From Verrucomicrobiota bacterium (GTDB taxonomy: Bacteria > Verrucomicrobiota > Verrucomicrobiia > Limisphaerales > AAA164-E04): a DNA stretch of 64,000 bases. Shown here piece after piece: positions 49,835 through 59,323 of the stretch. The first letter of the stretch is position 1; every line of letters begins with the position of its first letter. Location: NCBI GenBank assembly GCA_047947115.1, contig CP170459.1, forward strand, positions 2,304,001 through 2,368,000, given 5' to 3'. The position numbers and the translations under genes were made by a program. The notes under the pieces are model-generated. The model was given only the letters and a program-made list of their open reading frames with translations. It had not been told where the DNA came from and did no database searches.

Positions 49835-51305
49835 GAACGGTGTCAAAAGAGTGAAGCCAAATTTGCCGCCTGAAACCGGGTTCCTGCGATGTGTTTCAGT
49901 TGTCTGATTCGGTTCTTTTCAAGGGTTTCAAAATGATTAAAATGCTCTAAAACAGAGAATTTAGCCGGTTTTTGTGCGATTAAAGTTGACTCTAGCGCTC
50001 TGACCCCAAAAAATTTTCATGCCAAGAGCTCTATTAACTGATAATAAGATATTTACAGCATTCTTCAAGCCTTTATTTGACGCCTTGAATCGAGCTGTTC
50101 ACACTCGCCAATGTAATGAATTACCCGACCAGCATTGGCTTGAATTAGGAGTCACCCGAATTCTTATGGAATCCCCCAGCGGCCGGGGGTTTCTCCAGCA
50201 ATACGGCCCCCACTTTCAGAGTGATATTTCTGTGGGGCTTTATTTCGAATCTCTCAAAAGTAACCGACGCCTCCTTCTTGCCGATGAATTAAATGATAGT
50301 ATTTGCGCTAAAGCAGCCAAAGAACTTAATGACCCTCTTCAGGATTTTGAGGAACTAAAAAAATATGACATCTATGCCGCTGATGGCCATTGGCATGGTG
50401 CTTCGGCTCATGAAGTACGCAAGAATGAAAAGAAATGGGCTCCCGGTTACTTCTACGCCCTGAATCTGAGATCCCATGCAATCAAGTTGCTGGATACAGC
50501 CGATGAGGTTCATCGTAAGCATGAGCATGACATGCGAGCCCTCAAAAGGATGGGTATCGAAACACTCAGGCAGGGTGCCAAGACGGGACGCAAAGTTCTC
50601 TATGTGTATGACTCTGCGTCCATCGATTTCAATGAGTGGGATTGGTGGAAATCACGAGGTGGAATTTATTTCGTTTCCCGCATGAAAGACGGAACTGCCT
50701 ATGAATGTCTGGATGAACTGGAAGTCGATCATGAAAATGGTATCAATCACGGAATCACGTCCGATGAAAAAATCATAGTCAATAACCAGAGCATTCTTCG
50801 ACGAATCGTATGTGTCGATCCGCAAACTGGGAAGGAACACGTTTTGATCACCAACCAATTGACGATTTCGCCAGGTTTGTTAGCACAGCTCTATCGGATG
50901 CGTTGGGATATTGAGAAGGTATTCGATGAGTTTAAAAATACACTTCAGGAGAAAAAGGCATGGGCCGGATCAGTCCGGGCCAAGAAGATTCAAGCCAACT
51001 TTCTTTGCCTGGCACATAACCTCTGTCTCTTGATGGAGCATGATTTGGAAAAGGATTACGGAGTGAGCAACGAAGCAGAAATTCGTCGACGTCAAATTCG
51101 CTTTGAAGCAATGAAAAACGCTGCCAAAGAAGCCGGGAGAAAATGGTCAACGGTGTACGAATGCGTCCAGCGCTACTCCAAGCGAAGCGTAAAGTTTATC
51201 CGGTGCTTGAGATCATTTTTCTTTTTAGAAAAGCCCCTAATTGACATGGCGGCTCATCTCATCCGTTTATATGCGAAGTTATGATTGACTTTTTTGACAC
51301 CGTTC
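49835..51305 (+). mobile_element. IS4-family insertion sequence, 1471 bp
   Basis: Terminal IRs GAACGGTGTCAAAAGAGT / ACTTTTTTGACACCGTTC; 8-bp TSD GGTTTCAA at 49827-49834 and 51306-51313. Confidence 0.93.
50019..51284 (+). CDS. IS4-family DDE transposase
   Basis: AADG, VYDS and YRMRWDIEKVFDEFK (YREK-type) motifs. Confidence 0.93.
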   Translation: MPRALLTDNKIFTAFFKPLFDALNRAVHTRQCNELPDQHWLELGVTRILMESPSGRGFLQQYGPHFQSDISVGLYFESLKSNRRLLLADELNDSICAKAAKELNDPLQDFEELKKYDIYAADGHWHGASAHEVRKNEKKWAPGYFYALNLRSHAIKLLDTADEVHRKHEHDMRALKRMGIETLRQGAKTGRKVLYVYDSASIDFNEWDWWKSRGGIYFVSRMKDGTAYECLDELEVDHENGINHGITSDEKIIVNNQSILRRIVCVDPQTGKEHVLITNQLTISPGLLAQLYRMRWDIEKVFDEFKNTLQEKKAWAGSVRAKKIQANFLCLAHNLCLLMEHDLEKDYGVSNEAEIRRRQIRFEAMKNAAKEAGRKWSTVYECVQRYSKRSVKFIRCLRSFFFLEKPLIDMAAHLIRLYAKL

Positions 51306-52133
51306 GGTTTCAAGTGCACGGTTTTGTTTGGGCAAACCGAGGAAGGTTTGATCAAACCAGGTTCTTCCCTGGTGCCGGGGATTGATGCGATTGAAGATGC
51401 CGATATGCTTTTTCTCTTCATGCGCTTCCTGGCTCCAGACGATGATTGGATGGCGAAGTTTGAAGGATACCTGGATCGTGGAGGACCACTTCTGGGGCTT
51501 CGCACCACCACCCATGCATTCAATGGCATTCAAGGCAAATACGCACATTATAACTATCAGGGAACGGAAGATTATGTAGGCGGATTTGGACGACAGATTT
51601 TGGGTGAGACCTGGAATCCCAAGTTGGGAGCGGGGCATTATGGTCGGAATCACACCTACGCAACAGCGATGCATGTGGTGCCCGAACAAGTGAACCATCC
51701 CATCATGCGCGGAGTCAAAGACATGCATGCCATGGCAGGTGCCTACTCGGCGGTGCCGATGCCGGATTCCGTTATACTGGCGACTAATCAGGTGCTTTCT
51801 TCCATGGAAGTTGGAGCCAAACCTCTCGAGAATAAACCCCCACAGCCTGCTGCCTGGGTGAGAAACTATACTTCAAAATCCGGCAAGAAGGGACGCGTCT
51901 TTTGCACCACTCAGGGAGCATCGGAGGACATTCTCAGCGAGGGGGTGCGCCGTATGATTGTTAACGCAACCTTATGGTGCATGGGGATGGAAGATGTGAT
52001 CAAAGCCGACGCGGATGTTTCTTTTGTCGGTCCCTACAATCCAAGCACCTTCAGCTTTAAACCTTCCATCACCGACGCAAAACCCAGCGATATCGAGGGT
52101 TGGGATTCGCCCATCTTGAAACCCAAGAAATAG

Positions 52134-53719
52134 CCGCCTACGCCTACGTCGAAGCCAAGGTGACCATCGACGGTGTTACCTTTCCACGGGTGGGTATTCG
52201 CAAAAAGGGTTTCATCGGGTCCTTGAGCCGTACGCGACCCTCTCTGAAGATCAAACTCGATTTCATCGATGAGGAAGGAAATATCGATGGATTGAACAAC
52301 TTGACCTTCAACAACAATCAGCAGGACGTCAGTCAGATGAGTCAGTTCATCGGGTATTCCTTGTTCAACGCAGCCGGATCACCTGCTCCTAGAAGCGCCC
52401 TGGCCAAAGTGAGGGTGAATGGAAGGAATCTCGGTGTCTATTCGCATGTTGAGAGCGTTAAAAAGCCCATGATCAAACGCGTTTTTGGGAACAGCGATGG
52501 CACTTTGTATGAAGGTACGGTGGTTGATTTCTATGAGGATTGGGAAGGGAGTTTTGAACTTAAATTTGGAGATGACACTGCTGGTCGCGGACACATTGTG
52601 AAAGTGATTCAGGCTCTCAACGGAGGGGAAGGGGATGTTATTCTCGGGCAGGGTGCGGTCGGTCGAGCCTGGGTGCCGACAAGTGAGCGGCACGACCGGG
52701 AGTGGTTCAAACCGGATTTTGATGATTCCCAATGGCAGATGGGACAAAACGGCGCGGGGTATGACCGGGAGGAGAGTTTCAAACCTTATATTGGAGACGG
52801 ATTTGATTTCGAACACCAGTTGTACGGAAAAACGGCGTCGGTTTATGTTCGGTTTCCTTTTGAACTGGTGAATCTCGATGCGATTCATGCAGCGGAAAAA
52901 TTTCTGCTTCGCATAAGGTGTGACGACGGATTCGTGGCCTACCTCAATGGATTTGAAGTGGCGCGCTCCAATGCACCTTCACAACCCAATTGGTCCTCAC
53001 GTGCCAAAAAAAGTGGCGATGACAGGCAGTCCATGAAGTTTGCTCCCTATGATTTATCCGATCACTGGGACCGACTCAAATACGGGCGAAACGTCCTTGC
53101 CATCCATGGATTGAACCATAGCAAAGATAGTTCGGACATGTTGGTGATGGCTGAATTGCAGACGAGTGATTTCAAATTTGAAGAGGAAATCTGGAACCTG
53201 ATAGATGAGGAAAGTTTCTACACGTTTTGGGCGATGGAAGGTTTGCTCAGCTTTTGGGATGGGTATTCGGGTAATCATAACAACTTCTTCATCTACTTGA
53301 ATCCCGAGACCAACAAGTTTTATTTCCTGCCCTGGGGTGCGGATGCCATGTTTGAGAAATACAGTCCATTGGGTGTGGATCGAAGGTCGCCAAGATCTGT
53401 TCGGACGATAGGTATTCTGGCGTACAAGTTATATCAAATTCCGGAGGTTCGAAAAAAATATACCGCCAGGATGAAACAATTGCTGAATGAACATTGGGAT
53501 GAAGAAAAGCTCTTGGCGGAAACCCGGCGGATTGAGAAAATGGTGGACCCGCATGTTTCCGGTTCACAGCGAGGATGGTTCTTTGACCGCAAGGTGGACT
53601 ACGAGTCGATTCGTGAATTCATACGAGAACGCCGTGGCGACATCGAAAGGGAAACCTCCGGAGAGGACATGCCCATCTGGGATACACCTCCTAAACTACC
53701 GACCATCCTTGGGCGATGA
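52134..53719 (+). pseudogene. CotH-kinase-family protein, 5'-truncated, with an inserted beta-sandwich domain
   Basis: VGIRKKG, PSLKIK, LGVYSHVE, GTLYEG, WDGY..NHNNFFIY, FLPWGAD; frame begins mid-domain right after the upstream stop, with no signal peptide. Confidence 0.75.
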
Positions 53720-53891
53720 TTGGCGGGATTCTGTATCAAGCCTTTCCAATGTGGTTATCCGTACCGCTCCCCTGGGGGGGCTACGCGATGGACGCAGATA
53801 TAGAAATCTCACTCTCCGTTCATCTCATCCTGTATATCCTGTTCCTCTCGCAGATCCCGCGACTGCGGTGGCTGTCTAAAAACAAAAGGGG

Positions 53892-53915
53892 CCACATTCT
53901 GGCGAATGCCGCCAC
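53892..53915 (-). repeat. Degenerate REP (type A)
   Basis: Minus strand reads GTGGCGGCATTCGCCAGAATGTGG; a further decayed copy lies near 55175-55197. Confidence 0.6.
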
Positions 53916-53967
53916 TTTCGTATACAAATGCTTGAAAAATGCGGCGCTCTGAAGTCACTATTCATTC

Positions 53968-55161
53968 ATGAAGCATACACCCCTCATCCTGTCTCTATGC
54001 GTCTTCGTATGGAATGCGATTCCTCAAGGTAATGCGGCCTCTCCGCTCAAATGGCGGGTTCAGCAACTCCACAAAGATAACAACGAAGGCCTTGCTGTCG
54101 GGGATATCGATGGTGATGGAAAGTTGGATGTTACTTCCGGTGAATTTTGGTATCAGGCTCCGAATTTCAAACAACGAAAACTCCGCGAGATCCTGCCCTT
54201 TGGCGCCGATTACATGCAGAATAATTCCGAGCATTTGATGGATGTGGACGGTGACGGTGATCTGGATGTGATATCGGGAGGTTTCACGCTGATGAATGTC
54301 GATTGGTTTGAGAATCCGGGAGCGGGCAACTACGACAGAGGACTCTGGACGGTTCATCAGCTCGTCGATACCGGAACCGGGCACAACGAAGCGACCTTTC
54401 TCCATGACATTGACGGAGATGGAACTCCAGAATACATTGAAAACTCCTGGAACCCTCAAAATCCCATGCAGATATTCCGTTTGGTGAGGGGCTCTGATGG
54501 CAAAATGTCGGCTGAAAAACATGTGGTGTCCGAGGTGGCAAATCGCATGAGCAATGGACATGGACTCGGTTTCGGAGATTTAAATGGAGATGGCAAGCAG
54601 GACTTGATATACCAGCACGGTTGGTATGAACAACCTGAAGCCGGACCCTTTGCCGGTGCCTGGATTTATCATCACGATTTTGATCTGCCTCATGCCAGTT
54701 GTCCGATTCTCATTGTAGATCTGAACCGGGACGGACACAGCGACATCATCTGGTCCGACGGTCACAGCTACGGTCTCTACTGGCATGAACAACTTGAGCC
54801 TCAATCAAACGGGGGCACCACCTGGCGGCAACACCTCATCGATAAAAGATTTTCACAAGGCCATTCACTTGCCTGGGAGGACATTGATAACGATGGTCAA
54901 CCCGAATTGATCACCGGTAAACGATATTATGCCCATTCCGGAAATGATTCCGGCGCTCACGATGATATCACGGTTCAATATTACAACTGGATTCCGCAAA
55001 ACCAGACTTGGACCAAGCACCTCATTTCAACCGCACCGGCCGGTAAGGGACCGGGGATTGGACTCCAGATTCGTGTTCATGATCTCGACGGTAATGGTTG
55101 GAAAGATGTGATCGTCCCAGGAAAAAGCGGTACGCACATTCTTTGGAATAAAGGAAAGTGA
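53968..55161 (+). CDS. Secreted FG-GAP/VCBS repeat protein
   Basis: Signal peptide and multiple D.DGDG..D Ca-binding repeats. Confidence 0.88.
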   Translation: MKHTPLILSLCVFVWNAIPQGNAASPLKWRVQQLHKDNNEGLAVGDIDGDGKLDVTSGEFWYQAPNFKQRKLREILPFGADYMQNNSEHLMDVDGDGDLDVISGGFTLMNVDWFENPGAGNYDRGLWTVHQLVDTGTGHNEATFLHDIDGDGTPEYIENSWNPQNPMQIFRLVRGSDGKMSAEKHVVSEVANRMSNGHGLGFGDLNGDGKQDLIYQHGWYEQPEAGPFAGAWIYHHDFDLPHASCPILIVDLNRDGHSDIIWSDGHSYGLYWHEQLEPQSNGGTTWRQHLIDKRFSQGHSLAWEDIDNDGQPELITGKRYYAHSGNDSGAHDDITVQYYNWIPQNQTWTKHLISTAPAGKGPGIGLQIRVHDLDGNGWKDVIVPGKSGTHILWNKGK

Positions 55162-55359
55162 CATCCTTACGGCACAGTCACGATCGCCAGAGTGTGGCCG
55201 ATTTTATCTGGGTATTCATTTGAACCGGCAATCTTTTGATTTCAGCAGTCAGATTATCCTGAGTGATGCACGTAATGCATGTGAACTCAGTGAGAGCATT
55301 TTTTGACAATTGATTCTGATTTGATTGCTTTTGGTTATTTGATACAAGCCATTCATACC

Positions 55360-56859
55360 ATGAGCAAAATCACACGACGAAGGTTTATTACGGCGACCTC
55401 TTCATTGGCGCTTTTGCCATCCATAAACGGACAGGAATCCGAAGCTCTGACCGGTTACAGCCCGGGTAATGTCCTGAGCAAAATTGATGGATTGGATCTC
55501 CTGAATCTTTGGGGGAAACAGCCGGAGCACAATCAGCAGCTTTATAGTTTGATCGAGGCGGTCCTGTCGAAATCGACTCGGAACACGTTTGCCGATGTCA
55601 GCCGGGATCCAAAAGTGCTGCAGTTTTGTGAGCGGCATCGGATTCACCACCTCGGGGGCCCCATGTTGGGGTGTGTCACAACATCCGGAGCCAAGGTGTG
55701 GGTTCGAACCGTCAAGCCTTCCAACGTCGAGGTGCGTTTGAAAAAAGATGGGAAAGAAACGACCTACGGTCCGGTTCGGAGCAGCGAGGAAAGTGATCTT
55801 GTGGCTTGTGTTCCAGTGACCGGTCTTCAAGCGGGAACTTCCTATGGTTACCGGGTGTTTGTGGACGGTTCTTCAGTTTCCATTCCTCGAGATGCGAGCA
55901 TTACAACGGTACCGAACACAAATCGGTTGCGCCTGGCCTTCGGGACCTGTCCGCATCGCTGGGGCCTTGGCAACATGCAACAGGCCAGTAGAATTCTCAG
56001 CCGGAAACCTTCGGCGCTGCTGATGTATGGCGATCTTGGTGCGCAGGACAAAAATAATCATGTTGGCAAACATCGATGTGATTATCAGATCCGCGATTTT
56101 TACCCCGCTTGGCAAACTTTATCCGCCTCCATGCCCACTTATGCGACGTGGGATGATCACGACTATTTCGACAATGATCGGGCAGGGATTCCAAAAGGGT
56201 ATACAGATGACGATCGCAAGGCGGTGCGAACCGTGTTTAGTCAGGCTTGGAACAATCCAAGTTATGGCTTTAACGATGATCGAGGCGGTGTTTTCCTGCG
56301 CACGCGATTTGGTCCGTGCGATGTGATCATGCTCGATAACCGCTATTTCCGGACCGGAGAAGAACACGCTTTTCTGGGGAACGCTCAAATGGAGTGGCTC
56401 AAGGAACAATTGCTCGACTGCAAAGGGTCATTCATTTTGATCACGTGTGGGACGATGTGGACCGATCACGTCAGCAAAGGCAAGGATTCCTGGGGGCGAA
56501 CCGATCCTGAAGGTCGTGAACAATTGTTTCAGTTCATTGAAAAGCACCGCATCCCAGGTGTGCTTTTGCTTTCAGGGGATCGTCATGGGGCATGTGGATT
56601 TCGGATTCCACGCAAATCCGGGCATACGTTTTATGAAATTGAAGCCGCCACTCTGGGCGGGAGGAGTGGTCCAGCAGCCAGCGCTGCCGGTCACCCTGAT
56701 GTCTTGTATGCTTTCTCAGGGAAGTATGCTTATGGTGAGCTTAACTTCGACGCCACCAACGCGGACCCGACGGTTCATTACCGCCTGATTCATGAAAGCG
56801 GTGTCACATTGTATGAGTTGAAATTGACCCGAAGCCAACTAACTCCTCCAGCGTCGTAG
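55360..56859 (+). CDS. PhoD-like alkaline phosphatase/phosphodiesterase, Tat-exported
   Basis: TRRRF Tat motif, WDDHD, LDNRYFR, LGNAQMEWLKEQL, LSGDRH. Confidence 0.88.
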   Translation: MSKITRRRFITATSSLALLPSINGQESEALTGYSPGNVLSKIDGLDLLNLWGKQPEHNQQLYSLIEAVLSKSTRNTFADVSRDPKVLQFCERHRIHHLGGPMLGCVTTSGAKVWVRTVKPSNVEVRLKKDGKETTYGPVRSSEESDLVACVPVTGLQAGTSYGYRVFVDGSSVSIPRDASITTVPNTNRLRLAFGTCPHRWGLGNMQQASRILSRKPSALLMYGDLGAQDKNNHVGKHRCDYQIRDFYPAWQTLSASMPTYATWDDHDYFDNDRAGIPKGYTDDDRKAVRTVFSQAWNNPSYGFNDDRGGVFLRTRFGPCDVIMLDNRYFRTGEEHAFLGNAQMEWLKEQLLDCKGSFILITCGTMWTDHVSKGKDSWGRTDPEGREQLFQFIEKHRIPGVLLLSGDRHGACGFRIPRKSGHTFYEIEAATLGGRSGPAASAAGHPDVLYAFSGKYAYGELNFDATNADPTVHYRLIHESGVTLYELKLTRSQLTPPAS

Positions 56860-56872
56860 AAAGATGGGACAA

Positions 56873-57000
56873 GTAGCCGCCTTCGCCAGAAGGTGGAACA
56901 GCGTTTGCTTTGCGCAGTGGGGTGGGTTGGTTTTGAAAATGGGAGTCCACGTTTTTGCAAACGCGGCTACGTGGGTGTAGCCGCCTTCGCCAGAAGGTGG
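56873..57000. repeat. BIME unit left of RAYT: REP-A, spacer, inverted REP-B, REP-A
   Basis: GTAGCCGCCTTCGCCAGAAGGTGG at 56873 and 56977; CCACGTTTTTGCAAACGCGGCTAC at 56947. Confidence 0.92.
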
Positions 57001-57009
57001 ATGCGTTCT

Positions 57010-57561
57010 TCAAAGTTTTGAATAATAAATCTTCCAAAACCGTTCCCAGTAATCTTCATCCCTCAATGATACTTCTGGGTAACCCGGAATCATCGAATTC
57101 AGGAAAGTCCACTGATTCCAACATTCTACCAAACCCTTTCTGACTGGATTGTTCAGGACATAGGCTGCCACTTTTTGAAACGCATCTTTTTCGCGATCGT
57201 TGGGGCGTAGGACGTTGTCATAGGCTTGTTTTTGCCATGCATATCCATGCTTGCGGAGATGGGCATTGGTGTGTTTTCTCAGAAAACGGACCAGTAACTT
57301 TTGATCACAAGATTCATCCCAGCCAAGTAACAACAAATGCACATGGTCCGGCATAAGACAATAAGCAGGACAGGCGGCGCCGTATCTTCCAAGTGCGTGG
57401 AGGAGAACTTCTCGAAACCAGTTGTGGAAAGCAGCGTTCAGCCAGCCGGTTTTTCGGTGTTGCATGGAAAAATTCCAATGAACGAATGCGGGGCCTTGAT
57501 ATGCAGAGTTTGTTAAACGTGGGAGATTAGAATGTTTCATTCCGTATCTCACGTGCGGCAT
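57010..57561 (-). CDS. REP-associated tyrosine transposase (RAYT/TnpA-REP, HUH Y1)
   Basis: YCLMPDHVHLL (HUH), WQKQAYDNVLR, YVLNNPVRKGL; flanked by GTAG palindromes; start set at ATG 57561. Confidence 0.9.
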   Translation of the reverse strand: MPHVRYGMKHSNLPRLTNSAYQGPAFVHWNFSMQHRKTGWLNAAFHNWFREVLLHALGRYGAACPAYCLMPDHVHLLLLGWDESCDQKLLVRFLRKHTNAHLRKHGYAWQKQAYDNVLRPNDREKDAFQKVAAYVLNNPVRKGLVECWNQWTFLNSMIPGYPEVSLRDEDYWERFWKIYYSKL

Positions 57562-57600
57562 GGTAGATTGAGTTGAATGAATTTGCAAGGTTTTGGGAGT

Positions 57601-57936
57601 CCACGCTTTTGCAAGCACGGCTACGTTGGTGTAGCCGCCTTCGCCAGAAGGTGCAATAGCGTGTCCTTTGCGCGGAGGAGTGGGCTGAGTTTGAAAATGG
57701 GAGTCCACGTTTTTGCAAACGCGGTTACGTGGGTGTAGCCGCCTTCGCGAGAAGGTGGAACTGCGTGTGCTTTGCGCGGAGGGGTGGGTTGGTTTTGAAA
57801 ATGGGAGTCCACGCTTTTGCAAGCGCGGCTACGTGGGTGTAGCCGCCTTCGCAAGAAGGTGGAATTGCGTTTGATTTGCGCGGAGGGGTGGGTTGGTTTT
57901 GAAAATGGGAGTCCACGCTTTTGCAAGCGCGGCTAC
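57601..57936. repeat. Tandem BIME array with a 104-bp period
   Basis: Inverted REP-B at 57601, 57705, 57809, 57913; REP-A at 57631, 57735, 57839; near-identical spacers. Confidence 0.92.
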
Positions 57937-57957
57937 TGTTTTTCCGGTGAGCTATAC

Positions 57958-59145
57958 TCAATCGGCCTGCTTGTTCAACAGCCATTGGGGATGGATGCGA
58001 TAGTGTGCAATGCCTTTTCCATTCTCGGATTTTACGCTGCAGGAGACGTGGATCCATCCGTCATGCGTTTCAATCATGGAGGGGTATGAACCGTCCGATC
58101 GTTTTGAGATGACTCTTTTGTAAGCCCAGGTCGTTCCTTCGTTCAAGGAGAGAGCGATGGAAAGTTTCTCACGGCGTTCATCGGAATCATTGAATACCAT
58201 CACCCATCCCTCGGTATGTTTCAGGCGCAATACTTGCAGGCTGGCGCTGGGGTTGGGGATCTCGGTTTCCTGCAGGGCACTCCAGGTTTCACCCTGGTCC
58301 TTCGAAATGGATTGCTGGACCCGGTAAGGAGGGCGCCCGGTTTCGCGCAGGTAAGCGACGAGATCGCCGTTTTTCCTTTCAACGACCGACGGTTGGATGC
58401 CGGCGATACCGACCATGGGACCACTGGCGTGCCAGGTTTCCCCTTCGTCATCGGATAGTGCTGCCAGTCCCATGTTGTAACCATCGTTGTACAATGGCAG
58501 GAGGAGTCTTCCCGAAGAGAGCTTCACTGGATGATTGCGTGTCATCCATCCTTCCCGGCGTTTGACAGGATCTTTTGCTGCTTCGGTGATGAGCTGGTCA
58601 TAAGGACGAGCATACTCCGCCCACATGGATTCATCGAAACCGGTTGCTTGAAACCCACTGGCGACACGCTCCGGAAAGTCCGAACCGGGCTTGAGGAGGA
58701 TGATGTCCTGCCAGTTCCAATGAGGTGTCCCTTCTGCAAGGTAATCCTCGGAACGACGGTATTTAAGCACACTCGTTTCCCAGCGATTCGCGCGCACCAC
58801 GATCCACATCAGCCACAAGCGCTCTTTGGCGTCCAGAAATAAAATTGGATTACAATCGGGGAAGCCGGGTGTGTCTGCCATCAAGAATGGTTTACCCCAA
58901 GTTTCTGCGCCTTGGCGTAAGCGTGCGCCCATAATGCGAACGTCATCGGCTGTTCGTTCACCTGAGCCCTGGAACCAACAAGCGAGGAGATCTCCATTGG
59001 GTAATTCCACAAGACTGCTGGCATGGGCGTGTTCGGACTGCCAATTTAGGATCAAGAGTTCCTGAGGCCAGGAGGAATCTTCTCCCCAGGTGTTCAAAGC
59101 GCAATACATCAAGATCGAGGCAATATAAAATGTCATCAATCGCAT
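57958..59145 (-). CDS. BNR/Asp-box exo-sialidase-like protein
   Basis: Asp boxes SDDEGETW, SKDQGETW, SLNEGTTW; HASSLVELPNGDLLACWF; SYPS. Confidence 0.85.
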   Translation of the reverse strand: MRLMTFYIASILMYCALNTWGEDSSWPQELLILNWQSEHAHASSLVELPNGDLLACWFQGSGERTADDVRIMGARLRQGAETWGKPFLMADTPGFPDCNPILFLDAKERLWLMWIVVRANRWETSVLKYRRSEDYLAEGTPHWNWQDIILLKPGSDFPERVASGFQATGFDESMWAEYARPYDQLITEAAKDPVKRREGWMTRNHPVKLSSGRLLLPLYNDGYNMGLAALSDDEGETWHASGPMVGIAGIQPSVVERKNGDLVAYLRETGRPPYRVQQSISKDQGETWSALQETEIPNPSASLQVLRLKHTEGWVMVFNDSDERREKLSIALSLNEGTTWAYKRVISKRSDGSYPSMIETHDGWIHVSCSVKSENGKGIAHYRIHPQWLLNKQAD

Positions 59146-59323
59146 GCGTCCAGCATGCCTGGGGCTATGAATAATGCAAGATTACCCGTGGTTGTCTTGC
59201 CCTGGTCTTGGTTTCCCGATTGAGACGCACCCGGTAAAATCATGTGGGTAATTGATCCATTACGATACCCCGGTATCTGGATGTTGCTGGTATTCGGGGG
59301 AATCTTCAGTTAGGCTTTTTTCG

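Larger units (their letters stand above)
49611..52133 (+). pseudogene. ThuA-like domain exported protein disrupted by IS4
   Basis: N-part (signal, DHEYRGEE...AKRYGF) and C-part (KCTVLFG...GLRTTTHAF) rejoin in frame when the IS and one TSD copy are removed. Confidence 0.88.

Noticed and set aside
53716..53952. 78-aa ORF after cotH
   Set aside because: No recognisable motif and it runs through a degenerate REP; not supportable.
57601..57936. Possible CRISPR array
   Set aside because: Spacers are near-identical, repeats alternate in type and orientation, there are no cas genes, and the neighbour is a RAYT. It is a BIME.
57562..58089. N-terminal extension of ORF 57010-57822 and the small overlapping ORFs
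   Set aside because: They are translations of the repeat array; the transposase-like sequence starts near 57561.
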